DNA from: an uncultured Ruthenibacterium sp.
GTDB lineage: Bacteria; Bacillota; Clostridia; Oscillospirales; Ruminococcaceae
Direction: 5' to 3'
Length of the DNA: 64,000 bases
Assembly: GCF_963558415.1 (NCBI RefSeq)
Contig: NZ_CAUWGY010000002.1
Location: 5,318 to 69,317, forward strand
Shown: one piece after another, positions 43,932 through 54,306 of the stretch
Layout of the letters: every line of letters starts with the position of its first letter
Position numbering within the stretch: the first letter of the stretch is position 1
Translations under genes and position numbers: made by a program
Notes under the pieces: generated by a model
Databases searched by the model: none
The model's input: only the letters and a program-made list of their open reading frames with translations
What the model was told of the DNA's origin: nothing

Positions 43932-46261
43932 TTTACAAGCAAGGGGAAATCTGGTGTGTAGAGACCCGGAATACCGGATACTACATTGCACCTCGCGGCC
44001 CATTGGCCGAACAACTTCACTATGGCCGAAAAATCAGGCCCGAACTGCAACCGCTTCAACAGAAAATTTCTGTCTGCTTCGGGACCGATGTAATCTATGA
44101 CAAAGCGGTCGACCCGTCTCTTTCTCTTCTTCATCTTGGCTTGGAACTTTCTCCCACAGAAAAAGGCGATTTTCGCCAAGGGGCACTGGCTCTTCGTTCC
44201 GAAAACGGTGACCCAGTATTCGATTTTCGATATCTGGAAGGAGAAATTCTTTCGCAACCGCCCATTTGTACCGACCTTCCTCAGGCGCACGGTGCAAAAG
44301 AATGTCTCGTTCTCCGTTTTTCCAGCCCTCAGGGAATGCGCGCGGAACTATACTATACTCCCTATGAAGAGTGCGACACCATTGTCCGACACATGCGCCT
44401 TATCAATGAAACACATTCCTGCGTAACGCTCCACCGAGCAATGAGTTTTCAACTGGACCTTCCCCGCCAAGACCTGACGTTGACCACACTCACGGGTGCC
44501 TGGGCCAGAGAATTCTGTCCTCAGACAACCGCTCTTCGCAGGGGAATCACCTGCTTTGGAAGTACTTGCGGTACTTCTTCGCACTTTTGCAATCCCTTCT
44601 TTCTGCTGAGCGATCCTCAAGCCTGCGAAAAAGATGGCGAAGTTTATGGATTCAATCTGATTTATTCAGGCAGCCATCGAGGGAGTGTAGAATTGGATTC
44701 CTACGGTATGACCCGTGTGATGAGTGGAATTCAACCCGATGGATTTGCATGGACTTTGGAACACGGTGAATTTTTCGACACGCCCCAGGCTGTACTCAGT
44801 TTTTCGGACCAAGGCCGAAATGGAATGCGTCAGAATATGCATCGGTTTGTACGCGCACACATTGTGCCTGACCAATGGCGCGAGCGTGAGCGTCCCATTT
44901 TGGTCAACAACTGGGAGGCGACCTATTTTGACTTTAACCAAAAGAAATTGGTGTCGCTTGCCAAAAAGGCCTCCGAACTGGGAGTAGAACTGTTCGTCCT
45001 GGATGACGGATGGTTCGGCCGTCGAACCGACGACACTCGCGGATTGGGAGATTTTGACGTCAATCTCCAGAAACTCCCCAACGGGCTGTCAGGCTTGGCA
45101 GAATACCTTGGAAAACGAAATTTAAATTTTGGGCTGTGGGTAGAACCGGAAATGGTGTGCATGGATAGCGCCCTTTACGAACAACATCCCGACTGGATCG
45201 TGGCTTCTCCTTCCTGCTCACCCAGTTTCAGCCGAAACCAATTGGTTCTGGATTTATGCCGAAGAGAGGTACAGGACTATCTGATTGAACAATTAAGTCA
45301 GATTCTCTCATCCGCACCGATTCGTTATGTCAAATGGGATATGAATCGTCATCATTCCGACCGATATAGCGCCTCACTCCTTGAACAAGGGCGTTTTTCC
45401 CATGCTTGGATTTTGGGGTTATACCGAGTTTTAAAGTCTGTAACCCAATCGCATTCCGATGTGCTGTTTGAAGGATGCGCAAGCGGCGGAAACCGCTTTG
45501 ACCTGGGAATTCTATGCTACATGCCGCAGATTTGGCTCAGCGATGATACCGATGCATGGGAACGCTGCAAAATGCAGACATGGGCCTCATTGGGGTATCC
45601 TCAAAGTGTAATGGGCTGTCATGTGACGGCGGTTCCCAATCATCAAACGCTGCGTTCTTCACCTTTGGAGAGTCGTTTCGATGTGGCTGCCTTTGGATTG
45701 CTCGGCTACGAAATGGATTTGACACAAGTGACTCCAGTACAGGAAAAGGCAATCCGTGAGCAAATCGCCTTTTATAAGGAACACCGCACACTCTTTCAGC
45801 AAGGGCAGCTTTTGTGTCTCATGGCGCCGACGCCGGAGAAGGGCGGAGCGTGGATAGTCGTTTCCGAGGACAAACAACAAGCTGCCGTTTTGGAAATGAA
45901 CGGACTATTGACTCCTAACAGCGCACAGCCACCCCTACGCCTCCAGGGCTTGGATCCCGATATCTGCTATCAAGTATGCGTGCGGGCTCAGGGATTGGAG
46001 TTGTCCTCTTTCCGTTCACTTTTAAACCATGTTCTTCCCGTTCGCGTCAAGGGCGACGGTCTTTTGGTCCATCTGGCCGATGGATTGTATCAAATGCCCT
46101 GTGAACAAATTTGTTATACGGCACAAGGAGACCTTCTGATGCATGCTGGCATTCGCCGGCCTCAGATGTTTTCCGGTACAGGTTACAACGAAGGCGTACG
46201 CCCCATGCCCGATTTCTCCGCACGCATTTGGCTTTTGACTGCTCTAAATTCAGAAGAATAA
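43928..46261 (+). CDS. Alpha-galactosidase, glycoside hydrolase family 36
   Basis: VKWDMNRHHSD (nucleophile KxD), EGCASGGNRFD and LVLDDGWFGRR motifs. 777 aa. Confidence 0.85.
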   Translation: MIYKQGEIWCVETRNTGYYIAPRGPLAEQLHYGRKIRPELQPLQQKISVCFGTDVIYDKAVDPSLSLLHLGLELSPTEKGDFRQGALALRSENGDPVFDFRYLEGEILSQPPICTDLPQAHGAKECLVLRFSSPQGMRAELYYTPYEECDTIVRHMRLINETHSCVTLHRAMSFQLDLPRQDLTLTTLTGAWAREFCPQTTALRRGITCFGSTCGTSSHFCNPFFLLSDPQACEKDGEVYGFNLIYSGSHRGSVELDSYGMTRVMSGIQPDGFAWTLEHGEFFDTPQAVLSFSDQGRNGMRQNMHRFVRAHIVPDQWRERERPILVNNWEATYFDFNQKKLVSLAKKASELGVELFVLDDGWFGRRTDDTRGLGDFDVNLQKLPNGLSGLAEYLGKRNLNFGLWVEPEMVCMDSALYEQHPDWIVASPSCSPSFSRNQLVLDLCRREVQDYLIEQLSQILSSAPIRYVKWDMNRHHSDRYSASLLEQGRFSHAWILGLYRVLKSVTQSHSDVLFEGCASGGNRFDLGILCYMPQIWLSDDTDAWERCKMQTWASLGYPQSVMGCHVTAVPNHQTLRSSPLESRFDVAAFGLLGYEMDLTQVTPVQEKAIREQIAFYKEHRTLFQQGQLLCLMAPTPEKGGAWIVVSEDKQQAAVLEMNGLLTPNSAQPPLRLQGLDPDICYQVCVRAQGLELSSFRSLLNHVLPVRVKGDGLLVHLADGLYQMPCEQICYTAQGDLLMHAGIRRPQMFSGTGYNEGVRPMPDFSARIWLLTALNSEE

Positions 46262-46265
46262 TAAA

Positions 46266-46303
46266 ACGACCCCCTGTGCAATAAAAACACAGAGGGTCGT
46301 TTT
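46266..46303. terminator. Bidirectional terminator between convergent operons
   Basis: ACGACCCCCTGTG-caataaaaa-CACAGAGGGTCGT-TTT with one mismatch and a preceding A-run. Confidence 0.75.
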
Positions 46304-46318
46304 CATTTTCAAATGGTC

Positions 46319-47239
46319 TTACCATTCCAGCGGTATATTTTGTTCCTCGCAACACTTTTTAATGTACTCTTTGGACTCAAGCAGGTCCGAAATGAGCTGC
46401 TGATCGTTTTGCGCACCAATATCCAACCCAAGATACCCTTGATAATTCATTTGCTTGAGCAAACGGAAAAACTCTTTCCAATCGACATCACCATGCCCCA
46501 AAGGAAGATGCTGTGTATTCACAGGACTGTTATCCGCGATATGAATATTGGCAAATTTTCCTTCTAGCTTCATTAGCGCCAATGATACATCTTCTCTTTG
46601 TGCGGAAAAATGAGCTACGTCAAAATTTGCTTTAAAATTGGAACGATTTACATGTTCAATCAATCTTAACATCGAATCAACCGAACACACTACTTCTCCA
46701 ACACGTGGCTCCATCAAAATGGTCTTTCCGAAACTTGCAACGTAATCTGCACACTTCTGACAAGAGCAAACCAGATTTTCCCAAACTTTTGGCCATGAGA
46801 AGCCATCCGGGATTGTCAGTTGTGATTCAGGTCCAAACACATATTCTCCCCCATCCAATGCATATGGAACCCGTCCATTGTAGTGTACGGGCGGGGCATA
46901 ACTTGCCAAATGAAATGTCTCAGAACCCAGAAGAAGGCCAGTTTCCACCATTTGCTGAAAATTAGAAAACGCTCCATTTTGTTGTTGAGGATCCATACTA
47001 GTCAGTCCCGGATCCACGATACAAAAGTTATGAATATGAATTCCAGACTCTTCTAATGCGGATTGATACTCTTTTACATGGGTACGAACATGCTCTGCAT
47101 GTTCACGCCCCAATCCTTCCATCTCCATATAGTGAAATCCCAATTTTCCCAACAATTTAAATGCTTCAAAATCATCATCCGCCTTTGGGGGATAGCCATA
47201 TTTCAAAATATTCACTAAATACGTAGTCCCGATTCTCAT
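46319..47239 (-). CDS. Sugar phosphate isomerase/epimerase (xylose-isomerase-like TIM barrel)
   Basis: About 306 aa. Metal-ligand style segments HIHNFCIVDPG, ILMEPRVGEV and NFDVAHF. Start at MRIGTTY behind GGAGGAAAACA. Confidence 0.7.
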   Translation of the reverse strand: MRIGTTYLVNILKYGYPPKADDDFEAFKLLGKLGFHYMEMEGLGREHAEHVRTHVKEYQSALEESGIHIHNFCIVDPGLTSMDPQQQNGAFSNFQQMVETGLLLGSETFHLASYAPPVHYNGRVPYALDGGEYVFGPESQLTIPDGFSWPKVWENLVCSCQKCADYVASFGKTILMEPRVGEVVCSVDSMLRLIEHVNRSNFKANFDVAHFSAQREDVSLALMKLEGKFANIHIADNSPVNTQHLPLGHGDVDWKEFFRLLKQMNYQGYLGLDIGAQNDQQLISDLLESKEYIKKCCEEQNIPLEW

Positions 47240-47266
47240 TGTTTTCCTCCACTCTTTGTTATACAC

Positions 47267-48103
47267 TCATCCTTTTACTGCCCCTACTGTAACACCCGCT
47301 ACAATGTACTTATGAAATAGTGTATAAATAATAGCCGCTGGAATGATCATCAACATGATTCCGGCAAACAGCGCTCCATAGTCAATGGTAAATGTCATGG
47401 AGTTCTGTAAGGCATACATGCCCAAAGCCATCGTTCGATTTTCCTTGGATGAAGTAAATACCATGGCCAACAGATATTCATTCCACATCCACACGAAATT
47501 AAAGGATGCAACCGCAAACAGTCCCGGCTTTGCCAACGGAAACATAATACGCCAGAAGGTCCCTTGTTCGGAACAGCCGTCCACAATTGCGGCCTCACGC
47601 ACTTCGTTTGGCAAAGATGTAAAATAACCTATCATAACATAAATTGTAAACGGTATGCACAGCGCTACATAAACCAATACCAAAGCGATTTTGGTATCTG
47701 TCATTCCCATACGTGAGACCATATTGTACAGTGGAATGATCAATAGAAGATCCGGTATTCCCATGCCAAAAATCACGCTCAGCATCAAAATTCGTTTTCC
47801 GCGAAAATGATAACGTGCCAAAACGTACGCCGCCATCGAACAAATGGCCGTTAAAATTACCAACGTGCCGCCTACAATAAAAATCGAATTAAAAAAATAA
47901 CGATACATCTGGGCATTGACCAAAGCATTTCGGTAGTTCTGCCAATACAACTGTTCGGGGAATGAAAGAATGTCTGCATAGATTTCAGCGCTTGTCTTCA
48001 GTGAATTCAGCAATGCTAATCCAAGGATGAAAAAGTTCAACAACGCCCAACCGCCTAAGAGTATCCATGCAATGTATTTTCCGGTTTTTGAATACCCGTG
48101 CAT
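47267..48103 (-). CDS. Carbohydrate ABC transporter permease
   Basis: 6 TM helices. EAA-loop EAAIVDGCSEQGTFWRIMFPLAKPG. Confidence 0.85.
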   Translation of the reverse strand: MHGYSKTGKYIAWILLGGWALLNFFILGLALLNSLKTSAEIYADILSFPEQLYWQNYRNALVNAQMYRYFFNSIFIVGGTLVILTAICSMAAYVLARYHFRGKRILMLSVIFGMGIPDLLLIIPLYNMVSRMGMTDTKIALVLVYVALCIPFTIYVMIGYFTSLPNEVREAAIVDGCSEQGTFWRIMFPLAKPGLFAVASFNFVWMWNEYLLAMVFTSSKENRTMALGMYALQNSMTFTIDYGALFAGIMLMIIPAAIIYTLFHKYIVAGVTVGAVKG

Positions 48104-48115
48104 TGAACCCCCTCC

Positions 48116-49039
48116 TTAATATTCATAGGTTTCGCGCGTAGTTAGCCGTCTAAAAATTGTAACACTCAGTGTAACCAAAACGACCAATGCAACGGCCAAG
48201 GTTGAGGCATATCCCAATCGAAACGTAACAACCTGTGGTGTTCCAAAAGCATTATAGTAAATATAGGTGCCCATAACATGCGTCTGCATAGATGGACCGC
48301 CCTTCGTCATGCCCCAAACTATTTCAAACAGTTTGAGCGAGTTTGTGATCCACAATGTAACAGAAATCATTAAAATTTCCCAAATCAGCGGCAAAGTAAT
48401 TTTAAAGAAGATATATAACCTTCCTGCGCCTTCTACTACCGCAGCTTCAAATAGAGAAGTGGGAATTTTGGTAATTGCAGAGTACAAAAGAATCAAATAA
48501 AATCCCATATAAAACCAAGTGCCTGCGATAGTAATTGCCGACATTCCGGTTATCCTAGTTCCAAACCAGGCAATGGAATACTGTTCCAAACCCAATGTTT
48601 TTAAAACAGCATTCAATACACCAAATGTTCCATCAAAAATGAAAACCCACAAAATCGTCAGTGCTGCAAAAGAAATTAGATTTGGAAAATAAAATACATT
48701 TAAAAAGAATTTCTGCCGCTTAATGTAGTTTGTAATCAGATAGCTGAACAGCATCGCCACAAAAAAGACAAGTATGCCGCCTACGCACATAAAAAATATG
48801 GAATTTCCAAATGATATCCAAAACACTTCATCTTTCCACATTTTCAGATAGTTATCAATTCCGATAAACTTGGCGGATGTTCCAAAGCCTGTCCAGTCCG
48901 TTAGGCTGATGCGTATTGCATCAATAGCCGGATAAATAAAAAACACACCGTATAATAAGAACGCCGGGAGTAAAAAAGAAAGGAGGAAGTGTATTCGATC
49001 TCGCTTTCTTGTACTATACTTGGCTCGGACCTGTTTCAT
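48116..49039 (-). CDS. Carbohydrate ABC transporter permease
   Basis: 6 TM helices. EAA-loop EAAVVEGAGRLYIFFKITLPL. Confidence 0.85.
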   Translation of the reverse strand: MKQVRAKYSTRKRDRIHFLLSFLLPAFLLYGVFFIYPAIDAIRISLTDWTGFGTSAKFIGIDNYLKMWKDEVFWISFGNSIFFMCVGGILVFFVAMLFSYLITNYIKRQKFFLNVFYFPNLISFAALTILWVFIFDGTFGVLNAVLKTLGLEQYSIAWFGTRITGMSAITIAGTWFYMGFYLILLYSAITKIPTSLFEAAVVEGAGRLYIFFKITLPLIWEILMISVTLWITNSLKLFEIVWGMTKGGPSMQTHVMGTYIYYNAFGTPQVVTFRLGYASTLAVALVVLVTLSVTIFRRLTTRETYEY

Positions 49040-49097
49040 AATTCTCCCCCCAATGAGCGGCGGTCATACCGCAGATATGACCGCCGCTATACTTCTC

Positions 49098-50408
49098 TCA
49101 ATAATAATTCTGCGTATCCGTATCCATTTTTTCTATGAATTCTTCTGCAGTCATATTGCCAAGCATGAGCTCATTTACATTTTTGCAATAAATATTGCTG
49201 TAATAATCTCCATACTGCATCAGATTTCCATAAATCTCACAAGTGCTTTCCGCCTGTGCCAAAATTTCTCCTTGCATTTCCAAACCGGCTGCGGGTTTTC
49301 CGTCTTTCAGCGGAGAAGGAATGATCAACTCACTTTTTGCATCGTCATATTTTTTCTGGAAAGAAAAGTTGATAAAATCAATCGCCTGTTCTACATTGCC
49401 ATCCTTTAGTACGGCCCAATAGTTTCCCCATACCTCTTCAATTTTAGGAGAGGCCTCTTTTTCATAAGAGGGGAAGGAAAAGATATTCATTTCAAATCCT
49501 TCTGGAGTGGATTCTGACAATTCGGCCGGCAACCAGGTTCCGCAATGATACATAGCCGCTCCACCAGACACCCAATAAATCTGACTACTTGGCCAGTTTG
49601 CGCCCTCATAATTTTCTTGGAAATACGCATTGTCCACCAAATATTGCATCTGTTGTGCTGCCTGCAAAAATTCTGGCTTATCCGCCCATTTTACTTCTCC
49701 ACGGCAGGCCGCCTCTAACGTGTCAATACCCACAAGTCTTTCGCAGGAACGAGTAAACCACCAGGCAACATACTCTTCAAAAACGCCGTCATAAGCAATG
49801 GGTGCAATTCCTAACTCCTTAAAAGTTTCACATACATCCAAAAATTCATCCCAAGTCTGCGGTACTTCGACGTTATTTTCCTCAAACATCTTCACATTGT
49901 AAAACACTGCCGCCGTATACATTTCGCGTGGAATGCAATACAGCTTTCCATCCTCTCCGCGTCCCGCATTCAAAGCAGTTGTGTCAAATTGATCGTAAAA
50001 ACTTCCTTCGCCTTCCCAAGCAGGTGCTTGTTTCATCAAATCATCCAACTCACAAAACAGTCCATCCGTCTGCTGCAAATTCAAAAGCGTCGTATTCATT
50101 TGATCGACAATGTCCGGTAAATCTTCGCTCGATCCAGACGCAATTGCGCTCTGCAACTTTGCCAGCACTTCACGGCCGCACCATACAACATTTACTTTTA
50201 CACCGGTTTCCTTCTCATAATCGTCTATAAATGTTTGCATCCACTGCTGGACGGGCTCTCCCTCATTCATAAAAGACCAATATGTAATCTCCTTTGCTTG
50301 TTCGCCCGTACCACTGCCTGCCGCGCTGTCACCACATCCTGTAAACACCAAAAGAACCACCAGACAACTCAAAACCAACAGCATACCTTTTTTAACGTAC
50401 CTTTTCAT
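49098..50408 (-). CDS. ABC transporter extracellular solute-binding lipoprotein (carbohydrate type)
   Basis: Lipobox LLVFTGCG after a basic N-terminus. About 436 aa. Start at MKRYVKK behind AAGGAGGAG. Confidence 0.85.
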   Translation of the reverse strand: MKRYVKKGMLLVLSCLVVLLVFTGCGDSAAGSGTGEQAKEITYWSFMNEGEPVQQWMQTFIDDYEKETGVKVNVVWCGREVLAKLQSAIASGSSEDLPDIVDQMNTTLLNLQQTDGLFCELDDLMKQAPAWEGEGSFYDQFDTTALNAGRGEDGKLYCIPREMYTAAVFYNVKMFEENNVEVPQTWDEFLDVCETFKELGIAPIAYDGVFEEYVAWWFTRSCERLVGIDTLEAACRGEVKWADKPEFLQAAQQMQYLVDNAYFQENYEGANWPSSQIYWVSGGAAMYHCGTWLPAELSESTPEGFEMNIFSFPSYEKEASPKIEEVWGNYWAVLKDGNVEQAIDFINFSFQKKYDDAKSELIIPSPLKDGKPAAGLEMQGEILAQAESTCEIYGNLMQYGDYYSNIYCKNVNELMLGNMTAEEFIEKMDTDTQNYY

Positions 50409-50422
50409 AATTCTCCTCCTTT

Positions 50423-52456
50423 TTATAAAACCATTTCCTCTGCCCACTTTTTCAAATCCGAAAAATCAAACTTCATCAAACTATCTGGAAAAAGTCTGCT
50501 GAAAATATCAAAGGAATTGTAGAGTCTTGCCTGCACAATCTTTTGCCAATCCTGGGGATAATTTACAAATTCACATTTTTTCTTTTTTTGCTGTTCTAGA
50601 GCGACCGCAGCCGCCAAATATGCTCCACAAAATCCCTCTCCATGCAATACCATGTATTGATCGCTAAGTTTCAAATCTTGCCGCACCATTTCCATCATTC
50701 GATTCAATTGATATACACGCATTGCAAACAAACTATCATCAAGCCAAAACAAATCGTTATTCAAGGTATAATTCGTACCCTCAAAGCCAGTGGAACTCAT
50801 ACATAAAATGCGATTGGGTGCCATGGGGCCGTATCCCAATATATCCGGCACCAAGACCGCCTGTCCCTTTCGACAGGTTTCCATAATCAAGTCATAATGG
50901 CTTTGAAGATTCGTCGTTCCGCCTTCCCAAACTGCTATTGTCGTTTCCACTTCGTTGCTGGCATCAAATTCACCCGAATGAAAATATAAAGCACTTGCGC
51001 AAAGATCTTTTTCTATATGGAACACCAGACACTCTGCTACTACATCTTCTATCTGAATTCGACCAAATCTGCAAAGATGAATAGGGCAATTTTTGCGATT
51101 TTGAAAGACCTTATTCCGCAGCCACTGGATACTTTCTTGTTTGTCCTTCTCACAAAAGATGCCTCTGGTTTTGGCGTGCTCACACTGTTCCTCAAATATG
51201 AACCGCGCTTGGGGGAAATCCGTTCGAACTTGTCCGGTTTGCGTGCAATTTAATGCATCTTCATCCAATCGGGTATCTTCTGAAAGAATTCGTTGATAAC
51301 CTTTTCCTAAAAGATGCTTTGTAAAAAAGGTCGCTGCCGCATGCGCTAAGGCCGGTGTATATGCATGTTCCGCATTATCCACAAACCACTCCAGATTTTG
51401 CGGTTGCCCATAAAGCTCATAAAATCGCTGTGCTGATTGTACGCACTCTTTGGTTCCTTCCAGTGGAAAATAGTCGCTTTTTACACTAAGCACCAGGACC
51501 GGGCGAGGAGCCATTGCGATAAGAAAGTCATCGTGGTCCCATCCATGGGCAATCATTCCTTTCCAAACCTGCTCGGCATCCTGTGGAATTCCACCTTTCA
51601 ACATGTACTCCATGGACGTAACAAAGGTTCCTGGAGCGGCTGCGGCAATGCGATCATCCAGCAGCATCAGAAGGCCAGTCAGGGTTCCTCCGCCGGAATT
51701 ACCCGTAACACCAATGCGTTTTTTGTCCACCAAAGGATGTTGCTCTAAAAAATCCAGGGCTCGCATAGCGTCATGAACAAAATAACGCGCCGCCGAATCA
51801 CCATGCATAAGACATTGTGCCCCGGCAAAGTCATGTTCCGGACATCCCCACTCGATATCCTCGTTACCGGTCTTTGGATTGATGTAACTACATCTTTCTC
51901 CCTGCCCTAAGGAATCCATTGCCAATACAATCATTCCGGCTTTTACAAGCAATTGGCAAACCCTCTGATATTCCGGATAGGCTTTTCCGCTTCTGGCATG
52001 GCCACATACGAACAACACAGCACCTGTGGGATGCGTCAACCCATCCGGTATATACAAATTAGAAGTTACGTAAACGTGTGGGCGAGACTGAAAAATCACC
52101 TTTTCGATGCAATAGCCTTCCCGTTGGATTCGTCCGGTTACTGTAAACGGTACGATTTCTCCAGTTTTGGGAATTCCTCCCAGGTTGTCACACAAAAAAC
52201 TTTTCATGTCTTTGCGATATTGTTCTACTTGCTCTAAATTTCGCTCTTGATACAGTCTTGTTTTTCGTGCGCTTCCCCGTTCAAGTGCCTCTAAAAACAT
52301 TCGCTCAATAACTGCCGAAAGTTGACAGTGTAAATCAATAAATGTTTCACAAGGGGATGCTTTTTCTAGTTGTCCCAGGCTTTGAGGCCGATTGATATGA
52401 TCCATATTTCTTAAAGGATAAATGGACCATTCCGTTCCAAAACTCAATTCAGCCAC
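50423..52456 (-). CDS. Large alpha/beta-hydrolase family protein (esterase/peptidase-like, cytoplasmic)
   Basis: 677 aa. Nucleophile elbow GVTGNSGGG. No signal peptide. The start is uncertain (GTG 52456 or TTG 52447). Confidence 0.6.
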   Translation of the reverse strand: MAELSFGTEWSIYPLRNMDHINRPQSLGQLEKASPCETFIDLHCQLSAVIERMFLEALERGSARKTRLYQERNLEQVEQYRKDMKSFLCDNLGGIPKTGEIVPFTVTGRIQREGYCIEKVIFQSRPHVYVTSNLYIPDGLTHPTGAVLFVCGHARSGKAYPEYQRVCQLLVKAGMIVLAMDSLGQGERCSYINPKTGNEDIEWGCPEHDFAGAQCLMHGDSAARYFVHDAMRALDFLEQHPLVDKKRIGVTGNSGGGTLTGLLMLLDDRIAAAAPGTFVTSMEYMLKGGIPQDAEQVWKGMIAHGWDHDDFLIAMAPRPVLVLSVKSDYFPLEGTKECVQSAQRFYELYGQPQNLEWFVDNAEHAYTPALAHAAATFFTKHLLGKGYQRILSEDTRLDEDALNCTQTGQVRTDFPQARFIFEEQCEHAKTRGIFCEKDKQESIQWLRNKVFQNRKNCPIHLCRFGRIQIEDVVAECLVFHIEKDLCASALYFHSGEFDASNEVETTIAVWEGGTTNLQSHYDLIMETCRKGQAVLVPDILGYGPMAPNRILCMSSTGFEGTNYTLNNDLFWLDDSLFAMRVYQLNRMMEMVRQDLKLSDQYMVLHGEGFCGAYLAAAVALEQQKKKKCEFVNYPQDWQKIVQARLYNSFDIFSRLFPDSLMKFDFSDLKKWAEEMVL

Positions 52457-52485
52457 TTCCTTTCCGCCTATCCAAAATTGTGGTT

Positions 52486-53229
52486 TTATTTGAATTCCAA
52501 GACATCTTTCGGGGCCGAATCTTCATCCAAGAACAGCATGAAATCATGGTGCGTTTTCAAAAGTGTAGCTGGAATCATAGCATCTGTTTCATGAGCATTC
52601 AGCATCGCAGCGATGGCTTTCGCCTTTCTTGCTCCGGGAACCGGAGAAACAATGGACTGACAAAGCATAATCTGGTACGGTGTCATTGAAACAGCATATT
52701 GTGGCACATCCTGTACTTGCTTAAACCAACCCTCACCTACTTGCTGCTTTCTACATGTATCATTCAACTGTACAATGTGATACGCTTCTTTGCTTTCTAA
52801 ATTTGCCGGTGGATCATTAAATGCGATATGTGCATTTTCACCAATACCAATGACTCCCACATCAATTGGTTTTTCACGAACGCGCTGTGTCAAATTTTGA
52901 ATATTATCTTCTACATTTCCGGTTGTATTTACGTACACCATTTCCCGCACCGGAACTTTACTTGCAAATCGCTCATATAAGTACTTTCGGAACGATGCCG
53001 GGTGGTCGGCATCAATTCCAAGATATTCATCCAAATGGAATGCCGTCACCTTATTCCACTTCAAATCTTCGTTGCACAACGCTTCCAGTGTTTCAAATTG
53101 AGAAGCTCCCGTAGAAAGCAGCAGTCGTGCTTCTCCTCGCAGTTTGATTGCACTTTTCAGCTTATCTGCAATTTTACCTGCGGCCACTTTCCCCATTTCT
53201 TGTGCATTCTTCGCAACATACATCTGCAT
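52486..53229 (-). CDS. Glucosamine-6-phosphate deaminase/isomerase family protein (NagB-like)
   Basis: Motifs LLLSTGASQ, AFHLDEYLGI and IGIGENAHIAFNDPP. 247 aa. Confidence 0.8.
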   Translation of the reverse strand: MQMYVAKNAQEMGKVAAGKIADKLKSAIKLRGEARLLLSTGASQFETLEALCNEDLKWNKVTAFHLDEYLGIDADHPASFRKYLYERFASKVPVREMVYVNTTGNVEDNIQNLTQRVREKPIDVGVIGIGENAHIAFNDPPANLESKEAYHIVQLNDTCRKQQVGEGWFKQVQDVPQYAVSMTPYQIMLCQSIVSPVPGARKAKAIAAMLNAHETDAMIPATLLKTHHDFMLFLDEDSAPKDVLEFK

Positions 53230-53248
53230 TTTTTTCGCCTCCTGATTT

Positions 53249-54271
53249 TTACCGTTTTGCTACGGTTTTTCGTTCCATGATTTTAGGTTCCAAATAAATA
53301 CTGTACGCTGTGCTTGGAGTTTCGAGTTCTTTCAGCATGGCCTCCGCTGCAAGCCTTCCCACCTGCTCCGACGGGACCTGTATCGTAGTCAATGGAGGAG
53401 TCGCCATACGTGAGAACGTCGAATCGTCAAAGCCGAGTACCGAAATTTGATTGGGAACCGTAATTCCGCGCATTGCCAGACCTGCTAAAACTCCCATAGC
53501 TACCGCATCATTATTAACCGCAATCGCCGTATATCCTTTATTGGCATTGATCATTTTCTTTACAAGCTCAATTCCTGCTGCAAATTCATCCTGCTGGTTG
53601 CTGATATAAATATCTTGCTGCGAAAAATCTGTGAGAGTACCTGTAAACGCTTCCCAAAAACCATCTTTGCGCATACACCGAGGAGGTCTATCTAAAGCTT
53701 GCGTTCCATAGGCAATTTTTGTATGACCGTTATCCAAAAGATAGTAACCTGCCATCCTGCCACCACTGCGGTGATCAAAAAAAACTCCCTGCATAGGTTT
53801 CTGTGTTTTGGGAGAATAGTCTGTAACAATACACGGGATACCATTTTCGCGAAGAGTCAGAAACCCTGTTGCAACTCCATCTGTGATGCTGTCGGCAGCA
53901 ATGATCACTCCCGCAATCATTTTGCTTCGAAGTCCTTCCACAAGTTGAGAATCTTGTTCTCTTCGGTTGCCTGTAAGATATACCAACATATGAAATTGAT
54001 GGGCAGATAAAATTTCTTCCGCCCCCATAATGATGCCCGTATAAAACGGGTTTGTAATCGATGGGACAACAATTGCTATTTCTCTGCTCTCATGCGTTTT
54101 GAGACTGCGCGCCAACAAATTTGGGAAATATCCCAACTCACGCGCAGCATTGTTAATGGAAATGCGTGTTTTCTTACTGACCGGATAATCACTTCCGCTC
54201 AAAACTCGTGAAACTGTCGTGAGAGAAAACCCAGAGAATTGCGCCACATCTTTTAGTGTTGGATTTCTCAT
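53249..54271 (-). CDS. LacI family transcriptional regulator
   Basis: N-terminal HTH (TLKDVAQFSGFSLTTVSRVLSG) plus a periplasmic-binding-protein-like core. 340 aa. Confidence 0.85.
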   Translation of the reverse strand: MRNPTLKDVAQFSGFSLTTVSRVLSGSDYPVSKKTRISINNAARELGYFPNLLARSLKTHESREIAIVVPSITNPFYTGIIMGAEEILSAHQFHMLVYLTGNRREQDSQLVEGLRSKMIAGVIIAADSITDGVATGFLTLRENGIPCIVTDYSPKTQKPMQGVFFDHRSGGRMAGYYLLDNGHTKIAYGTQALDRPPRCMRKDGFWEAFTGTLTDFSQQDIYISNQQDEFAAGIELVKKMINANKGYTAIAVNNDAVAMGVLAGLAMRGITVPNQISVLGFDDSTFSRMATPPLTTIQVPSEQVGRLAAEAMLKELETPSTAYSIYLEPKIMERKTVAKR

Positions 54272-54290
54272 AATCTCTCTTTTTCACCCC

Positions 54291-54306
54291 TAGAAAACGT
54301 ATTCTA
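54291..54306. promoter_or_regulatory. LacI-type operator-like palindrome
   Basis: TAGAAAACGTATTCTA (TAGAA-n-ACGT-n-TTCTA), 20 nt upstream of the LacI start. A related copy, TAGAAAACGTTAAATA, lies inverted at 54432-54447. Confidence 0.4.

Noticed and set aside
39629-46261. TetR-GH2-GPH-GH36 operon as something novel
   Set aside because: This is a standard galactoside utilisation arrangement with textbook family motifs, and nothing about it is unexplained.
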